From the NCBI GenBank assembly GCA_013239625.1, contig MU053557.1:3750123-3814122 (forward strand): DNA of 64,000 bases. Reading direction: 5' to 3'. The translations under genes and the position numbers were made by a program. Position 1 is the stretch's first letter. Each line of letters begins with the position of its first letter. The stretch comes from Lama guanicoe. Its lineage: Eukaryota. The notes beneath the pieces were generated by a model. It did no database searches. It had not been told where the DNA came from and saw only the letters and a list, made by a program, of their open reading frames with translations. Below, in pieces: positions 39,801-49,549 of the stretch.

Positions 39801-42800
39801 GAAGGATTTTCTGACATCCTTGATGAAGAAGTCGAAGAACATATTGAAGGCCACTGAGAAGTATTAATGAATGAGAAGCTGGAAGAACTCGTTGAGTCAT
39901 CTACAGAGGAAGAGGAAGATAAAGAAGAAACTAAAGCAGAACCAGCAATTTACATTACCAAAACTTGCCAAACCATTTCTAACTGCAGACATTAAAGGAC
40001 AAAATTATGGAAGACAATCTTTAGATGGAACACAGCATTAACATCACCCATATGATCCCTGAAGGATTACAACCTTGAAGCGTTAGAAAGAGCAACAATT
40101 TCTGATTAGAATGTTCTTCTAAACGTTTTGGGCAAAAAACCTTTCAACTATCAAGGATTCCCAACCATTGACATCATTTTTTGGTATCTAGCCACCAACG
40201 CTGTCATAGCTTGAGTATACAGGATCACCTGAAGCAAAGATCCTCCTCCTGACCTACTGTCAGGTCAGTGGTGGCCTGACACCGTGTCACAATTCCAGCG
40301 TCATTCACCACATATCATCCCATCACGTAGAGAGATTGCATTCATGTAACTTTTATTACATAATATTGTAATTGTTCTATTTTATTATTATTTCTTGTTA
40401 TTTATCTCTTATCACGCCTAACTTTTAAATTAAACTTTATCATAGGTATGTACGTATGTATAGGAAGAAACAGTATATATAGGGTTTGGTGTTACCCAGG
40501 CATCCAGTAGGGATCTTGGAATAAATTTAACATTCCGCCTGATACTGCGTTTGAGGAATCTCTTTCTCAGGCAAGATGATATATAACCTGGGGAAAAATC
40601 TAGGAATTTTCAAATAAGAGAGAATTTTTCGTTACCAAGAAAATACAGGTTCAGAGTTTGATATGTTTTTCATATATGAGACCTTTGGCAAATCATATAA
40701 ATATGTAACCAAAGATCTCACTGAGTTATAGAAAATATGTACTGAATACTGACTTTCAAGGATTTGGCACAGTGTTTAAAAATTAATAGCTATTATTATT
40801 ATGCCTAAGAGTCTAAAGTATGAATATAAAGAAACAGACCCTGGTGCAGTGCTTATTTTTAATAATTTTAATAAATAATGTTTTAATAAATTTATATTTG
40901 ACATTGAAAATATATTTCTTTAAGATAGTTACTTATTATGATTCACAACTTTTTGGCTCCTTTTCCCTGCCACCAAAAGCTCTGGCAATATGGAATTAAA
41001 AACAATTCCACCGGATTTGGGGATCTTAAGCAACACTAGATGAGGCCATATTCAAAAGAAGTACTCAGTGAGCCCTGATACGGGAAACTGGAAAAACAAG
41101 AGTTGTCAGCTAGGTGTTTCTGGTTTCGCACTGGCAGCTGGGAGGCAGAGGAGAGTAGGTGTGGTACTGGAATGAAATCAGGAGACCTTCATTGTTTTCT
41201 CATGTGGGTTGAAAAAGTCGTTTGTCTACTCTTTATGGGTCTTTACACACCCATAAAGACAGGGTTTAAACTTTTGCCCTAGTCCCTATACTATCTTTGC
41301 CATCTTACTGCATATAGAAACTCTCGGTGGTTTGCTCCTCGTTTTATTGCCAGAATATAATCGTCCCCCCGCATCTCAAACACACCTGGTCACACACATC
41401 TCAGAACAGAGAGGTAAAAATAATCTTTACACAAGTCCTACAGACCACACCTTAGATCATGCCTTGCTGTCATTTCATATAGACAACTTGATGAAAACTA
41501 CTTTATGAGGAACTTGCCATAGAATAATGCTAATAAGATGTATTTATTCAAATAATGAAGAATCTCGCCAGAGCCAAGCACAAAAGGTTTCTGTAAGTTT
41601 CCTCCTTTCATTTTTGGGTGTTTTCTTCCCACTAGAGTTATATAACAGGCATTATTAAGGACAGGAATTACTTAGCATTATCTGATGGAACAAATCATTA
41701 GAACAAGAGGTATCCTGGGCATGAGGTTCAGTTCCTGCTTGCTGTATGATTCAATTATGTGATCTCGGATACACCAAGGTGATACGGTGTCACCCTGCAT
41801 TGTTCTGGTAACTATTACGGGTACATATCCCAGAAGTTAGAACCTACTGCCTAAACATTTTTTTCCTGTTCTCTGTGAGAATCTGGAACCTCGAGAATAA
41901 AGAAAAGTCCAGGCACTTACAACTTTCCTGGAAAATTAGATTGAAAATCCTGGAATCCAAACTTTTACTTCTTATTCCAAGAAGTACTTTACATTATACA
42001 GTAGACATAACTACCAAGATTTATGTAACTTTTTCAAGTTTTGTGTGATCTTCCCTTTTGCATCCTCACAATAAACCTGTATTCAGGGCAGGGATCATTA
42101 TCTTTCCCATTTTACAGAAAATCAACCCTGGGAGAAATCCTGCAATTTACCAAAGTAATTGAATATTATATTTGAGGTCCAGTGTAGATTTTCTGCCTTC
42201 ATTTTTTATCCTCTGCCACCATCCTTTAGTTGTCAGGAGATTCTGAAAACCAGGGGCTCTAGAGAAGGCATTATCTCAAGTAATTAAAGATTAGCTACAT
42301 TGGAAGGAAATTCCTATGTCAAGAAAAATATCAATACTATTTTGAGAGATGAGTAAATGACTTATCAATTTCATGACAAAGATCTTCAAGGACTCAACAA
42401 GATTACAGCTGCCAACAAATGACAGGAAGCCTTATGGGGTAAATGTGAGAACGAATACAGAGGTTTGAGTTTGGAATAATAAAATTGCTACTGTTACAGG
42501 TGAGACCAGCAGACAAGATGCAGTTACCCATTTAAACATTTTTTAAACACTGATATTATGTTTTAAATGTTGATTTTAAGAACATATGACTAACAGTAAT
42601 CAAAACAGCATGGTATTGGCATAAAAACAGACATATGGATGGATGGAACAGAACAGAGAGCCCAGAAATAAACCCACTGACCTATGGTCAATTAATCTTT
42701 GACAAAGGGAAACAAGAATATACAATGGAGAAAAGATATAGTCTCTTCAGCAAGTGGTGCTGGGAAAACTGGACAGCCCTATGTAAATCAATGAAGTTAG

Positions 42801-44580
42801 AACACTCCCTCACTCCATACCCCAAAATAAATTCAAAATGGCTTAAAGACTTAAATACAAGACGAGACACGATAAATGTCCTAGAAGAAAAGATAGGCAA
42901 AACATTCTCTGACATAAATCTTAGCAATGTTCTCCTAGGGCAGTCTACCCAGGCAATAGAAATAAGAGCAAAAATAAACAAATGGGACCTAATTAAACTT
43001 ACAAGCTTTTGCACAAAAAAGGAAACCATAAGCAAAACAAAACAACCACCTATGGAATGGGAGAAAGAATTTTCAAATGATGTAACTGATAAAGGCTTAA
43101 TTTCCAGAATATATAAACAGCTCATACAACTTAATAACACGAAAAACAAACAAACAAACAACCCAATCCAAAAATGTGCAGAAGACCTAAACAAGCAATT
43201 GTCCAATGAAGACATACAAATGGCCAATAGGAACATGAAAAAATGCTCCATATCACTAATTATCAGAGAAATGCAAATCAAAACTATAATGAGGTATCAC
43301 CTCGCACCAGTCAGAATGGCCATCATTCAAAAGTCCACAAATGACAAATGCTGGAGAGGCTGTGGAGAAAAGGGAACCCTCCTACACTGCTGGTGGGAAT
43401 GCAGTTTGGTGCAGCCATTATCCTCAAAAGAAATAGACTTACCGTATGACCCAGTGATCCCACTCCTGGGCATATATCTGGAGGGAACTCTAATTCAAAA
43501 AGATACATCCTCCCCAATGTTCATAGCAGCACTATATACAATAGCCAAGACATGGAAACAGCCTAAATAAATGTCCATCAACAGATGACAGGATAAAGAA
43601 ATTGTGGTATATTTATACGATGGAATACTACTCAGACATAGAAAAGAATAAACTAATGCCATTTGCAGCAACATGGGTGGACCTAGAGACCGTCATTCTA
43701 AGTGAAGCAAGCCAGGAAGAGAAAGAAAAATACCATGTGATATCACTCATATGTGGAATCTAAAAAAAAAAAAAAAAAAAAAAGAAAGAAAGAAAACAAA
43801 GGACCCTATGAACTCAACTACAAGACAAAAACAGACTCGCAGACATAGTAAACAATCTTATGGCTACAGGGAAAGGGGGTGAGAAGGGATAAATTTGGGA
43901 GTTTGAGATTTACAAACACTAGCCACTATATATAAAGATAGATTTTAAAAATTTCTTCTGTATAGCACAGGGAACTATGTTCGGTATCTTATAATAACCT
44001 TTAATGAAAAAGAATATGAAAATATATGTATATATATGCATCACTAGGACATTGTGCTATACACCAGAAACTGCCACACTGTAACTGACTGTACTTCAAT
44101 TAAAAAAATATATATATGACTACATGGATGAGTCAGGCAAGGAAACTAGCTGATTAAATTCTCATGGCCTCAAACAAACTGTAATAGTAAATCATTAATT
44201 GCTATAGGAATTGGATTTAAGTCCTGACCAAATATGAGACCTTTGGCAAGTCACTCAACTTCTCTGAAGCTCAATTTCCTCCTTTGTGAAATGATGTGAG
44301 TGAGAGCTTCCTCTTTTCATTACCATGAAGGTTACACATAATCAAAAGCAGAGTTCATTTTTATATCTACCTCAACAGGTAATATGTACAAGGTGTTCAA
44401 TAAATACTCATTGAAACGAATGATATGTGAAAATGATTTGAAATTGTGTGTTCTTGGCAGAATGCGGGGATCTGGATTTCTTTGATTATGGTACAGTTAT
44501 TATATGTACAGCCTGAGTTTCTACAGTGTCTTTGAGTTGCTAGCATCTAACCTACTCATCTTCTCTTCTAGTTCAAATGA
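700..44580 (+). CDS. SPINK5: SPINK5 / LEKTI, 5'-partial multi-exon CDS (27 exons, domains D3-D15; start lies upstream of the window)
   Basis: Manually spliced exons with canonical AG/GT boundaries sum to 2730 nt with no internal stop. Repeated C-x13-CTRE(N/S)DP..GPDG..HGN.C.MC domains separated by Lys/Glu-rich linkers match human LEKTI from DVCSAFRP to the C-terminus. Confidence 0.97.
2279..2360 (+). CDS. SPINK5: SPINK5 linker exon D3-D4 (exon 8 equivalent)
   Basis: aacag|CTTAAAA...GAACAG|gtaaat, 82 nt, [27 protein letters not shown]. Confidence 0.92.
3085..3260. mobile_element. MIR SINE (one of many MIR/L2 relics in the window)
   Basis: gagcaagtcgtctctcctctctgggcctcaattttcttgtcagtaaaat, MIR core. 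Confidence 0.6.
4200..4965 (-). mobile_element. Two adjacent antisense L1 3'-end fragments (~4200-4380 and ~4385-4965)
   Basis: poly-T head followed by ttttattgaagtata..., then tagattccacatgtaagtga and gatggacatgtaggttgcttccat, typical reverse-complemented L1 3' ends; boundaries approximate. Confidence 0.8.
6098..6225 (+). CDS. SPINK5: SPINK5 exon 9 equivalent, domain D4
   Basis: taaag|AATCTC...ATCTT|gtgagt, 128 nt, [42 protein letters not shown]. Confidence 0.95.
7586..7673 (+). CDS. SPINK5: SPINK5 linker exon D4-D5 (exon 10 equivalent)
   Basis: tccag|CAAACAG...ACTGAG|gtgagg, 88 nt, [29 protein letters not shown]. Confidence 0.94.
8480..8670. repeat. Polypyrimidine low-complexity tract
   Basis: ~190 nt of almost pure C/T. 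Confidence 0.8.
9369..9496 (+). CDS. SPINK5: SPINK5 exon 11 equivalent, domain D5
   Basis: ttcag|AAACTC...TTCTA|gtgagt, 128 nt, [42 protein letters not shown]. Confidence 0.95.
10721..10802 (+). CDS. SPINK5: SPINK5 linker exon D5-D6 (exon 12 equivalent)
   Basis: ttcag|CCAAGCA...TACGCA|gtgagt, 82 nt, [27 protein letters not shown] (RNKR convertase site). Confidence 0.94.
11920..12047 (+). CDS. SPINK5: SPINK5 exon 13 equivalent, domain D6
   Basis: ggcag|GAGCTG...TTCTT|gtgagt, 128 nt, [42 protein letters not shown]. Confidence 0.95.
12474..12555 (+). CDS. SPINK5: SPINK5 linker exon D6-D7 (exon 14 equivalent)
   Basis: tttag|CCAAGCA...TTTGAG|gtgagg, 82 nt, [27 protein letters not shown]. Confidence 0.94.
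12899..13026 (+). CDS. SPINK5: SPINK5 exon 15 equivalent, domain D7
   Basis: cacag|GAGCTG...TTCTT|gtgagt, 128 nt, [42 protein letters not shown]. Confidence 0.95.
15342..15390 (+). CDS. SPINK5: SPINK5 linker exon D7-D8 (exon 16 equivalent)
   Basis: tatag|TCAACAA...GCGGGG|gtaatt, 49 nt, [16 protein letters not shown]. Confidence 0.93.
15565..16035 (-). mobile_element. Antisense L1 3' fragment (L1MA-like)
   Basis: agctttattgagatat...ttccacagataagtga...tgacttatttagca; minus-strand ORF resembles the L1 ORF2 end ([11 protein letters not shown]); boundaries approximate. Confidence 0.75.
16432..16559 (+). CDS. SPINK5: SPINK5 exon 17 equivalent, domain D8
   Basis: tgcag|GAACTC...ATGTT|gtgagt, 128 nt, [42 protein letters not shown]. 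Confidence 0.95.
18280..18367 (+). CDS. SPINK5: SPINK5 linker exon D8-D9 (exon 18 equivalent)
   Basis: tgcag|CAAACTT...ATACAG|gtagtt, 88 nt, [29 protein letters not shown]. Confidence 0.93.
19900..20370. mobile_element. MaLR LTR (MLT1-like)
   Basis: gctgtaacaaattactgcaaacttggtagcttaaaa ... ccttgtgattacattgggc...atccaggataat, hallmark MLT1 motifs; boundaries approximate. Confidence 0.75.
20671..20798 (+). CDS. SPINK5: SPINK5 exon 19 equivalent, domain D9
   Basis: ggcag|GAGCTG...TTCTT|gtgagt, 128 nt, [42 protein letters not shown]. Confidence 0.95.
21444..21507 (+). CDS. SPINK5: SPINK5 linker exon D9-D10 (exon 20 equivalent)
   Basis: tacag|CCAGCAA...GAAAAG|gtagct, 64 nt, [21 protein letters not shown]. 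Confidence 0.93.
23117..23244 (+). CDS. SPINK5: SPINK5 exon 21 equivalent, domain D10
   Basis: cttag|GATATG...GTCTT|gtgagt, 128 nt, [42 protein letters not shown]. Confidence 0.95.
24761..24860 (+). CDS. SPINK5: SPINK5 linker exon D10-D11 (exon 22 equivalent)
   Basis: tccag|CCAGAAA...GCTCAG|gtgagc, 100 nt, [33 protein letters not shown]. Confidence 0.94.
25806..26042. mobile_element. hAT-Charlie MITE (MER58A-like)
   Basis: cagaagtcagca...tgtaaaaggccggatagcaaatattttag...gtttgctgaccctt, with imperfect terminal inverted repeats. Confidence 0.75.
26286..26413 (+). CDS. SPINK5: SPINK5 exon 23 equivalent, domain D11
   Basis: ttcag|GACCAA...ATCCT|gtaagt, 128 nt, [42 protein letters not shown]. 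Confidence 0.95.
26860..26932 (+). CDS. SPINK5: SPINK5 linker exon D11-D12 (exon 24 equivalent)
   Basis: tccag|GCAAAGA...GGAAAG|gtgaat, 73 nt, [24 protein letters not shown]. Confidence 0.93.
27235..27690. mobile_element. MaLR LTR (MLT1-like)
   Basis: gtggcttaaaacc...ggaggctctggggaggacccatttcttg...tgtgattacactgaacccacccagataatccaggataa; boundaries approximate. Confidence 0.75.
27777..27904 (+). CDS. SPINK5: SPINK5 exon 25 equivalent, domain D12
   Basis: ttcag|GATGTA...AAACT|gtgagt, 128 nt, [42 protein letters not shown]. Confidence 0.95.
28072..28150 (+). CDS. SPINK5: SPINK5 linker exon D12-D13 (exon 26 equivalent)
   Basis: ctaag|GGAAAGG...AAACAG|gtaatg, 79 nt, [26 protein letters not shown]. 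Confidence 0.92.
30266..30396 (+). CDS. SPINK5: SPINK5 exon 27 equivalent, domain D13
   Basis: ggcag|GATCAG...ATCTT|gtaagt, 131 nt, [43 protein letters not shown]. Confidence 0.94.
31180..31252 (+). CDS. SPINK5: SPINK5 linker exon D13-D14 (exon 28 equivalent)
   Basis: tgcag|TGAGCGA...GCAAAG|gttatt, 73 nt, [24 protein letters not shown]; weak donor. Confidence 0.92.
31955..32043 (+). pseudogene. Frameshifted counterpart of the SPINK5 long-isoform alternative exon (intron 28)
   Basis: ttccag|CACCAG...AGTGCA|gtgagt, 89 nt. Reads [13 protein letters not shown] then, after a one-base shift, [16 protein letters not shown], resembling the 30-aa insert of human long LEKTI as recalled. In-frame TGA at 32036-32038. 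Confidence 0.75.
32152..32279 (+). CDS. SPINK5: SPINK5 exon 29 equivalent, domain D14
   Basis: tctag|GATGAG...ATCTT|gtgagt, 128 nt, [42 protein letters not shown]. Confidence 0.95.
32605..32631. repeat. (CA)n microsatellite, interrupted
   Basis: acacacacgcacacacacacacacaca. Confidence 0.8.
33117..33216 (+). CDS. SPINK5: SPINK5 linker exon D14-D15 (exon 30 equivalent)
   Basis: tctag|TCGAAAA...TCTCTG|gtaaga, 100 nt, [33 protein letters not shown]. Confidence 0.93.
34050..34560 (-). mobile_element. Antisense L1 3' fragment (L1MA-like)
   Basis: gctttactgagctatatagttgacatataacactgtgtaa...tagattcctcatgtaagtgatatcatgcagtatt; same family as 15565-16035; boundaries approximate. Confidence 0.75.
35144..35274 (+). 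CDS. SPINK5: SPINK5 exon 31 equivalent, domain D15 (first five Cys of a classical Kazal domain)
   Basis: ttcag|GATGCT...AACCT|gtaagt, 131 nt, [43 protein letters not shown]. Confidence 0.95.
37654..37744 (+). CDS. SPINK5: SPINK5 exon 32 equivalent (sixth Cys of D15 and tail)
   Basis: tttag|AATATAC...GCATCT|gtaagt, 91 nt, [30 protein letters not shown]. Confidence 0.94.
38194..40522 (+). mobile_element. Near full-length decayed Tigger (pogo/Tc1-mariner) DNA transposon, Tigger7/MER44-like
   Basis: TA followed by cagtaaccctaccttatc TIR. Frameshifted transposase pieces: CENP-B-type HTH ([13 protein letters not shown]) and DDE motifs ([14 protein letters not shown]...QPLDQGII). Right end eroded. 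Confidence 0.9.
42593..44113 (+). mobile_element. 5'-truncated L1 (ORF2 C-terminus + 3' UTR + A tail) in the last SPINK5 intron
   Basis: 311-aa ORF 42635-43570 is the L1 ORF2 C-terminus ([24 protein letters not shown]); candidate TSD atatgacta at 42584-42592 and 44114-44122. Confidence 0.95.
44572..44580 (+). CDS. SPINK5: SPINK5 terminal exon, coding part (FK*)
   Basis: ttctcttctag|TTC AAA TGA. The following ~290 nt resemble the human SPINK5 3' UTR as recalled (cctaccttcaccatctgtatata...gcctgttcaataaaagta). Confidence 0.88.
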   Translation, partial: FK

Positions 44581-44849
44581 TGCAAGAGTTGGTGAATACC
44601 ATGAGAGAAAATGTGTACTCCAATTATGAATCGCCTACCTTCACCATCTGTATATATGAAGAACTCTTCAGAGCTTGTCTTATTTACTATAGAAAGCAAT
44701 ACAGAGCTGTTGGGGGAATGGACTCACTAATTTTCAGTCTTTTCCATCTCTTTCCTCCTAGATTCTGTGATCTGAGGGCACAGAGACATCTTCACCCAGT
44801 TTGTGCTCTGGAAACCTGATCACAATGCTGTCTGTTCAACTGCCTGTTC

Positions 44850-44855
44850 AATAAA
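44850..44855 (+). terminator. SPINK5 polyadenylation signal AATAAA
   Basis: AATAAA 270 nt after the stop, followed downstream by T/GT-rich sequence. Confidence 0.8.
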
Positions 44856-45319
44856 AGTACACCCAGCAGAACACGATTTCTGGGACTTCTTTGTGGATAA
44901 CAGAAACGTGTTTTTGCAGAAGCTGATAAACTCTACCCTTGTGTCTTGTCACGCCTGTGGGTGGAGAGAGAATGCTCACTTTTTTTTCAGATTCAAGTTA
45001 CTATCATAGTTGGGAAGGAATGTCTAGAAGAGAGGTGGGGAGACAGGGTTCCCCAGCAGCCAACAGCTATATAAAGCTCAGTCAGCTATGAATCAACCTC
45101 ACCTTCACTATCTTGTTACCTTACCACCTCCTCTATCTAGCTTCTGTATTTCCATGAATAGCTTAACTATCCCAATTATGTGGACCTCATCCAATGACAC
45201 AGAACAGTAATTTCTCACATTCAATCACATTGCCTTCTGATTTCCTGTATCAGGGTCTTAGACACACAGTCTGGGGGAAGACTAAGGCAAAGAGAGTTGC
45301 CAACGTGTGCAAGTCTCAG

Positions 45320-45610
45320 CAGCACTGTCCAACAGAAATAGGAGCCACAAATTTCAAATTACATATGAAAATATGTAATTTCAGATTTTCTGGTAGCTAT
45401 AAGAGAAATGTGTAAAATTAATTTTAGCAATATATTTGGCCCAATATATGAAAACTATTATTTCAAAATATAATTGGTAAAAAATTTTATGTTACTAAGT
45501 CTTTAATATTGATAAGTATTTTATACTTACAGCATGTCTCAGTTTGGACCAGTGAAGTTTCAAGTGCTCAGTAGCTACATGGAGCTAGAGGCTACTAAAC
45601 TAGACAGCGA
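45320..45610. mobile_element. hAT-Charlie MITE (MER33/MER3-like)
   Basis: cagcactgtccaacagaa...tttcaagtgctcagtagctacatgg...gctact...gacagcg; boundaries approximate. Confidence 0.7.
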
Positions 45611-47099
45611 CCTAACACACCTGAGAAATCCACCAGGAATACAAGCATTAGAGAGGGGTGGGATGGAACAGCTTGTAAGCTCCTGTCTCGATGCTGAAAC
45701 CCTGTCATGCTCCTGGTACCCTGTGACAGTACCCAGTACCAAGTTACTTTGTTCAGTTGCAGACTGTGGACTGACGCTGAACACACGGTAGATGGAGGAA
45801 GCTTGAGGGGAATCCACCGTGCTTCAAGCCATTCTCAGCTATGGAAGAACTGTGTCTGAATGGCAGGCCTACTTGGATTGGGGAAGTTCATTTGTAATTA
45901 TTCCTCTGCCCTTTTTCTTCTAGGTAAGTTGCCACTAGGCCAATTGTAGTAGAATTCTGTGATCTCTGTCCTTTGTAACTGAGTGAAAATAAGTCAATCC
46001 CTCTGTTTTTCCTTTGTTATCATTATTAAAAAAAATGAAGAAAGAAGGCTTGTAAATCATTGTTTAAGCATGAAAATACAGATTCATCTCAGACAAAAAA
46101 GAGGAAACATCGTTGCTATTTCCTTTGGCAATTCCAGGATATCCAAGATGGGTTTAGAGATTCTATAACATATGAGATTGTATCTCCTTCCTGGTTATTT
46201 CTAGGAAATCCAGAAATTCTATTTTCCTGGCCAAGACATACTATTTTTTGAGAAGTACCTGCTTTGTTATGTCATTTTGAATATTTCATTAAGATATAAA
46301 GAACCAACCCCTTATACTGCTTTCAGTACTATTAGGTAATGTGCACAAAAGACTTGGTTATCTCACACTAAAGACTTAAACAACCCTTGATAATCATTCA
46401 GAGCAGCAGGGAGAGTGTGTCTTAGGGATAGGGTGAGGTGAAGGATAGGGTGGCCCAGAGTGGGATGAGACACAGGATGAACAAATGCCTAGGGACTCAG
46501 TGAAGGTCAAGGGTGAAGTAGGGGTGGCAGGGGTCAAGAATGGGATCAGGATCAAGGATAATAAAGTACAGAATGGACTAAGGCTCAGGGATCAGGGCTA
46601 AGAGTGCGAATGTGTTGAAAACATTACCTGGGAGATTAAAAAAAGCTGAAAGTTGTTTATTTTGGAGACACACCCAAGACGTGAATATAAAACGTCATCT
46701 GTGTCAAAATGGTCACAACAAAACAGCTACAGTAACTAGCAAGTAAGCTAACTTTTGAGTTGCTTCTTGAGTCGTATCTTGATGGACTGGAGGCAAATGA
46801 AAACCAGACCCATCTCACTGATGTTTCACAAAGCAGCCCTAAAATTCTAAACCAGGAAGTGACAAGCGATCCTGAAATAGAACTAAAGAAAGCCAAACTA
46901 TTTCTATCCCTGCTTCCTGGTCACTACCACCAACTTGTGCGTTTCTCTGTGACTGATATTTCAGATTCTATTGTCAGAAAATGGGTTTTCATAGATCCAC
47001 CACTGTCAACTTTCTTATTTTCTCATGTAAGGAACTCACCTGAAGTCTCCCTCTCTCTGTCAAGGCTTCAGAAACAAGTGCAGAGAGCACTTATGTAGA

Positions 47100-47283
47100 C
47101 TCTGTCAGCGAACTTTCTATAAAGAGCCAGACTTTGTGGGACATACAGTCTCTATCATAACCACTCAACGCTGCTGTTGTGTAAACATACGAATTTACCT
47201 TATGTTAATAAATATGCATGGCCGTGTGCCAATAAAACAAAGACTTACAAACATAGGTGGTGGGCCAGGTGGGACCCCTGGGC
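47100..47283. mobile_element. MER58-like MITE
   Basis: gtcagcgaactttctataaagagccaga...ggccgtgtgccaataaaac...ggtggtgggcca; boundaries approximate. Confidence 0.65.
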
Positions 47284-47319
47284 TAGAACTCAGTAATGGT
47301 TAAAAATCTGTCTCTCCAG

Positions 47320-48615
47320 TTACATGTAAATCAATGAAATTAGAACATGGCCTCACACCATATACACAAATAAACTCAAAATGGTTTACATACCTAAGTA
47401 AAAGACATGATGTCATAAAACTCCTAGAAGAGAACATAGGTGAAGCATTCTCTGACACAAATCATAGCAATATTTTCTTAGATTAGTCTTCCAAGGCAAA
47501 ATAAATAAATGCAAAATAAATGGGATCTAATCAGATTTAAAAGCTTTTGCACAGCAAAGGAAACCATCAACAAAATGAAAAGATATCCTACAGAATAAGA
47601 GAAAATATTTGCAAAGAATGCAACTGATAAAGGTTTAAGATCCAAAATGTACAAACAGCCCATACAACTCAATAACAACAACAACAAAAAACACAATCAA
47701 AAGATGGGCAGAAGACCTAAATAGACATTTCTCCAAAGAAGACATACAAATAGCTAACAGGCATACGCAAAGATGCTCAACATCAATAATTATTAAAGAA
47801 ATACAAATCAAAACCACATTGGGAGTATCAGTTCACAAGGGTCAGAATGGCTATCATCAAAAAGTCTATAAATAAATGCTCGAGAGGGTGTGGAGAAAAG
47901 GGAACCTTCCTATTCTGTTGGTGAGAATGTAAATTGATGCTGACGCTATGGAGGACAGTAAATATATAGGTTCCTTCAAAAACTAAAAATGGAGTTACCA
48001 TATATAATCCAGCAGCCCCAATCCTGGGCATATATCCAGAAAAGGCAAAAACCATAGTTAGAAGAGATACATGCACCCCAATGTTCATAGCAGCACTATT
48101 TACAATAGCCAAGACATGGAAGCAACCTAAATGTCCATTGAAAGATGTGTGGCTAAAGATGTGGTATATATAGACAATGGAATACTACTCAGCCATAAAA
48201 AGGATAAATATTACCACTTAAAGCAACATGGATGGGCCCAAAGAACATCAAACTAAATAAGTCAGACAAATATTTTATGATATCACTTACATGTGAAATC
48301 TAACAAATAATACAAATGAACTCATTTGTAAAACAGAAACAGACTTGCACAGAAAATAAACTTATGGTTACCAAAAGGGAAAAAGGAAGGGAGAGGATAA
48401 ATAAGGAGTAGGGGATTGACAGATACAAACTACTATACATAAAATAGATAAGCAACAAGGATTTACTCTACGGCACAGGGAACTATATTCAATATTCTAG
48501 AATAACCCATAACAGAAAATAATCTGAAAAATATATATATATATAACTGAGTCATTTTGCTGTATATCTGAAACTAACACAATAGTGTAAATGAACTATA
48601 TTTCAAAAACAAAGA
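47320..48615 (+). mobile_element. 5'-truncated older L1 (decayed ORF2 end + 3' UTR)
   Basis: Colinear with the L1 at 42593 (atgtaaatcaatgaa..., agccaagacatggaa, gcacagggaactata) but with many stops. Confidence 0.9.
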
Positions 48616-49549
48616 AGACTCTGTCTCTTGTCCTCCTCCTTTGTAACTCACTTGTCTTTGTTACCTTCCATACACTTAAATACTAACCATGCTTCTTACT
48701 CTATGATAATGCTAGTGGAAAATAGTAAGTGTTGACATTTCTAAACATTTAATATGTGCCTGAAACTGAGAAAAGCACATGGCAAGACTGACATTTGTAT
48801 CCCAATTTGTGGCCTTGTTTGTTGACTTTGACCAAGGCCAATCTCATATATTTCACAGTTAGATTACGGTAAATGGGAGTGAAAGTGTCCTCAAATAACA
48901 CTCCCTGTGGCCTCTACCAATGATGGGCAGTATCTGGTTCCCTCCTTAAAAAAAAAAAAAAAGCATAACATGATATCTTGTTCTTTCCTTGAAACCGTCC
49001 TGGCACACAAATGCCTTTTTCTTCCCAGTACTGAAGTTAAAGTTCTATCTAAATCATATATGGCTATAAATCATTCTTCAAGCGTGAAGAGGAAACAGAG
49101 AGGCTTTGTCATTTGAAAATAAGTCCCAGGAAAAAAAAATGCAATAAAGTCTTTGTTATCCTTGATGGACTTTTCATTTTTGACTGTACTTCCTTCTGGA
49201 TTACTTTCAGGGATGAAAATAATCCTCCTCCAAGCTATTCTATGCTCTCTCTCCTAATCTGTTACAGACCTTGTAAATGTCTTTCATGCCGAAAGACATC
49301 TCACTTTTTACCTTGTTTTATAAGTTTAGACCCTCTTTCCTTTCAGTGGACTTTTTTCAGTGGCCTCACAGACTTGCTTGTCTCCATTCTTTACACTTTT
49401 TTTTTTAATCTCCAAATGATCTCTTCAAAACAGAGATCTGTTTAATTTCCCAGTTCGATTTTTTTTTGAAAACTCCTACTAAGCACACACACTGCAGTAA
49501 AAAAAAAAAAAAAGCAAAATGAGATAAACCTGAAATCTAGGCACTGTCT

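Noticed and set aside
38559..39867. Transposase-like ORFs as a possible domesticated TIGD-type gene
   Set aside because: Split over several frames by stops and frameshifts inside a TIR-bounded element; a decayed Tigger copy.
42635..43570. 311-aa ORF, the longest in the window, and its 197-aa antisense ORF
   Set aside because: C-terminal fragment of L1 ORF2 in a 5'-truncated copy; not a host gene.
40674..44249. 18-nt exact repeat atatgagacctttggcaa at 40674-40691 and 44232-44249
   Set aside because: Both copies look like degenerate MIR core sequence and do not bound a definable element as a TSD.
45066..45076. TATA-like ctatataaag about 210 nt after the SPINK5 polyA signal
   Set aside because: No downstream signal-peptide exon or donor that I could identify; a lone TATA motif is not enough.
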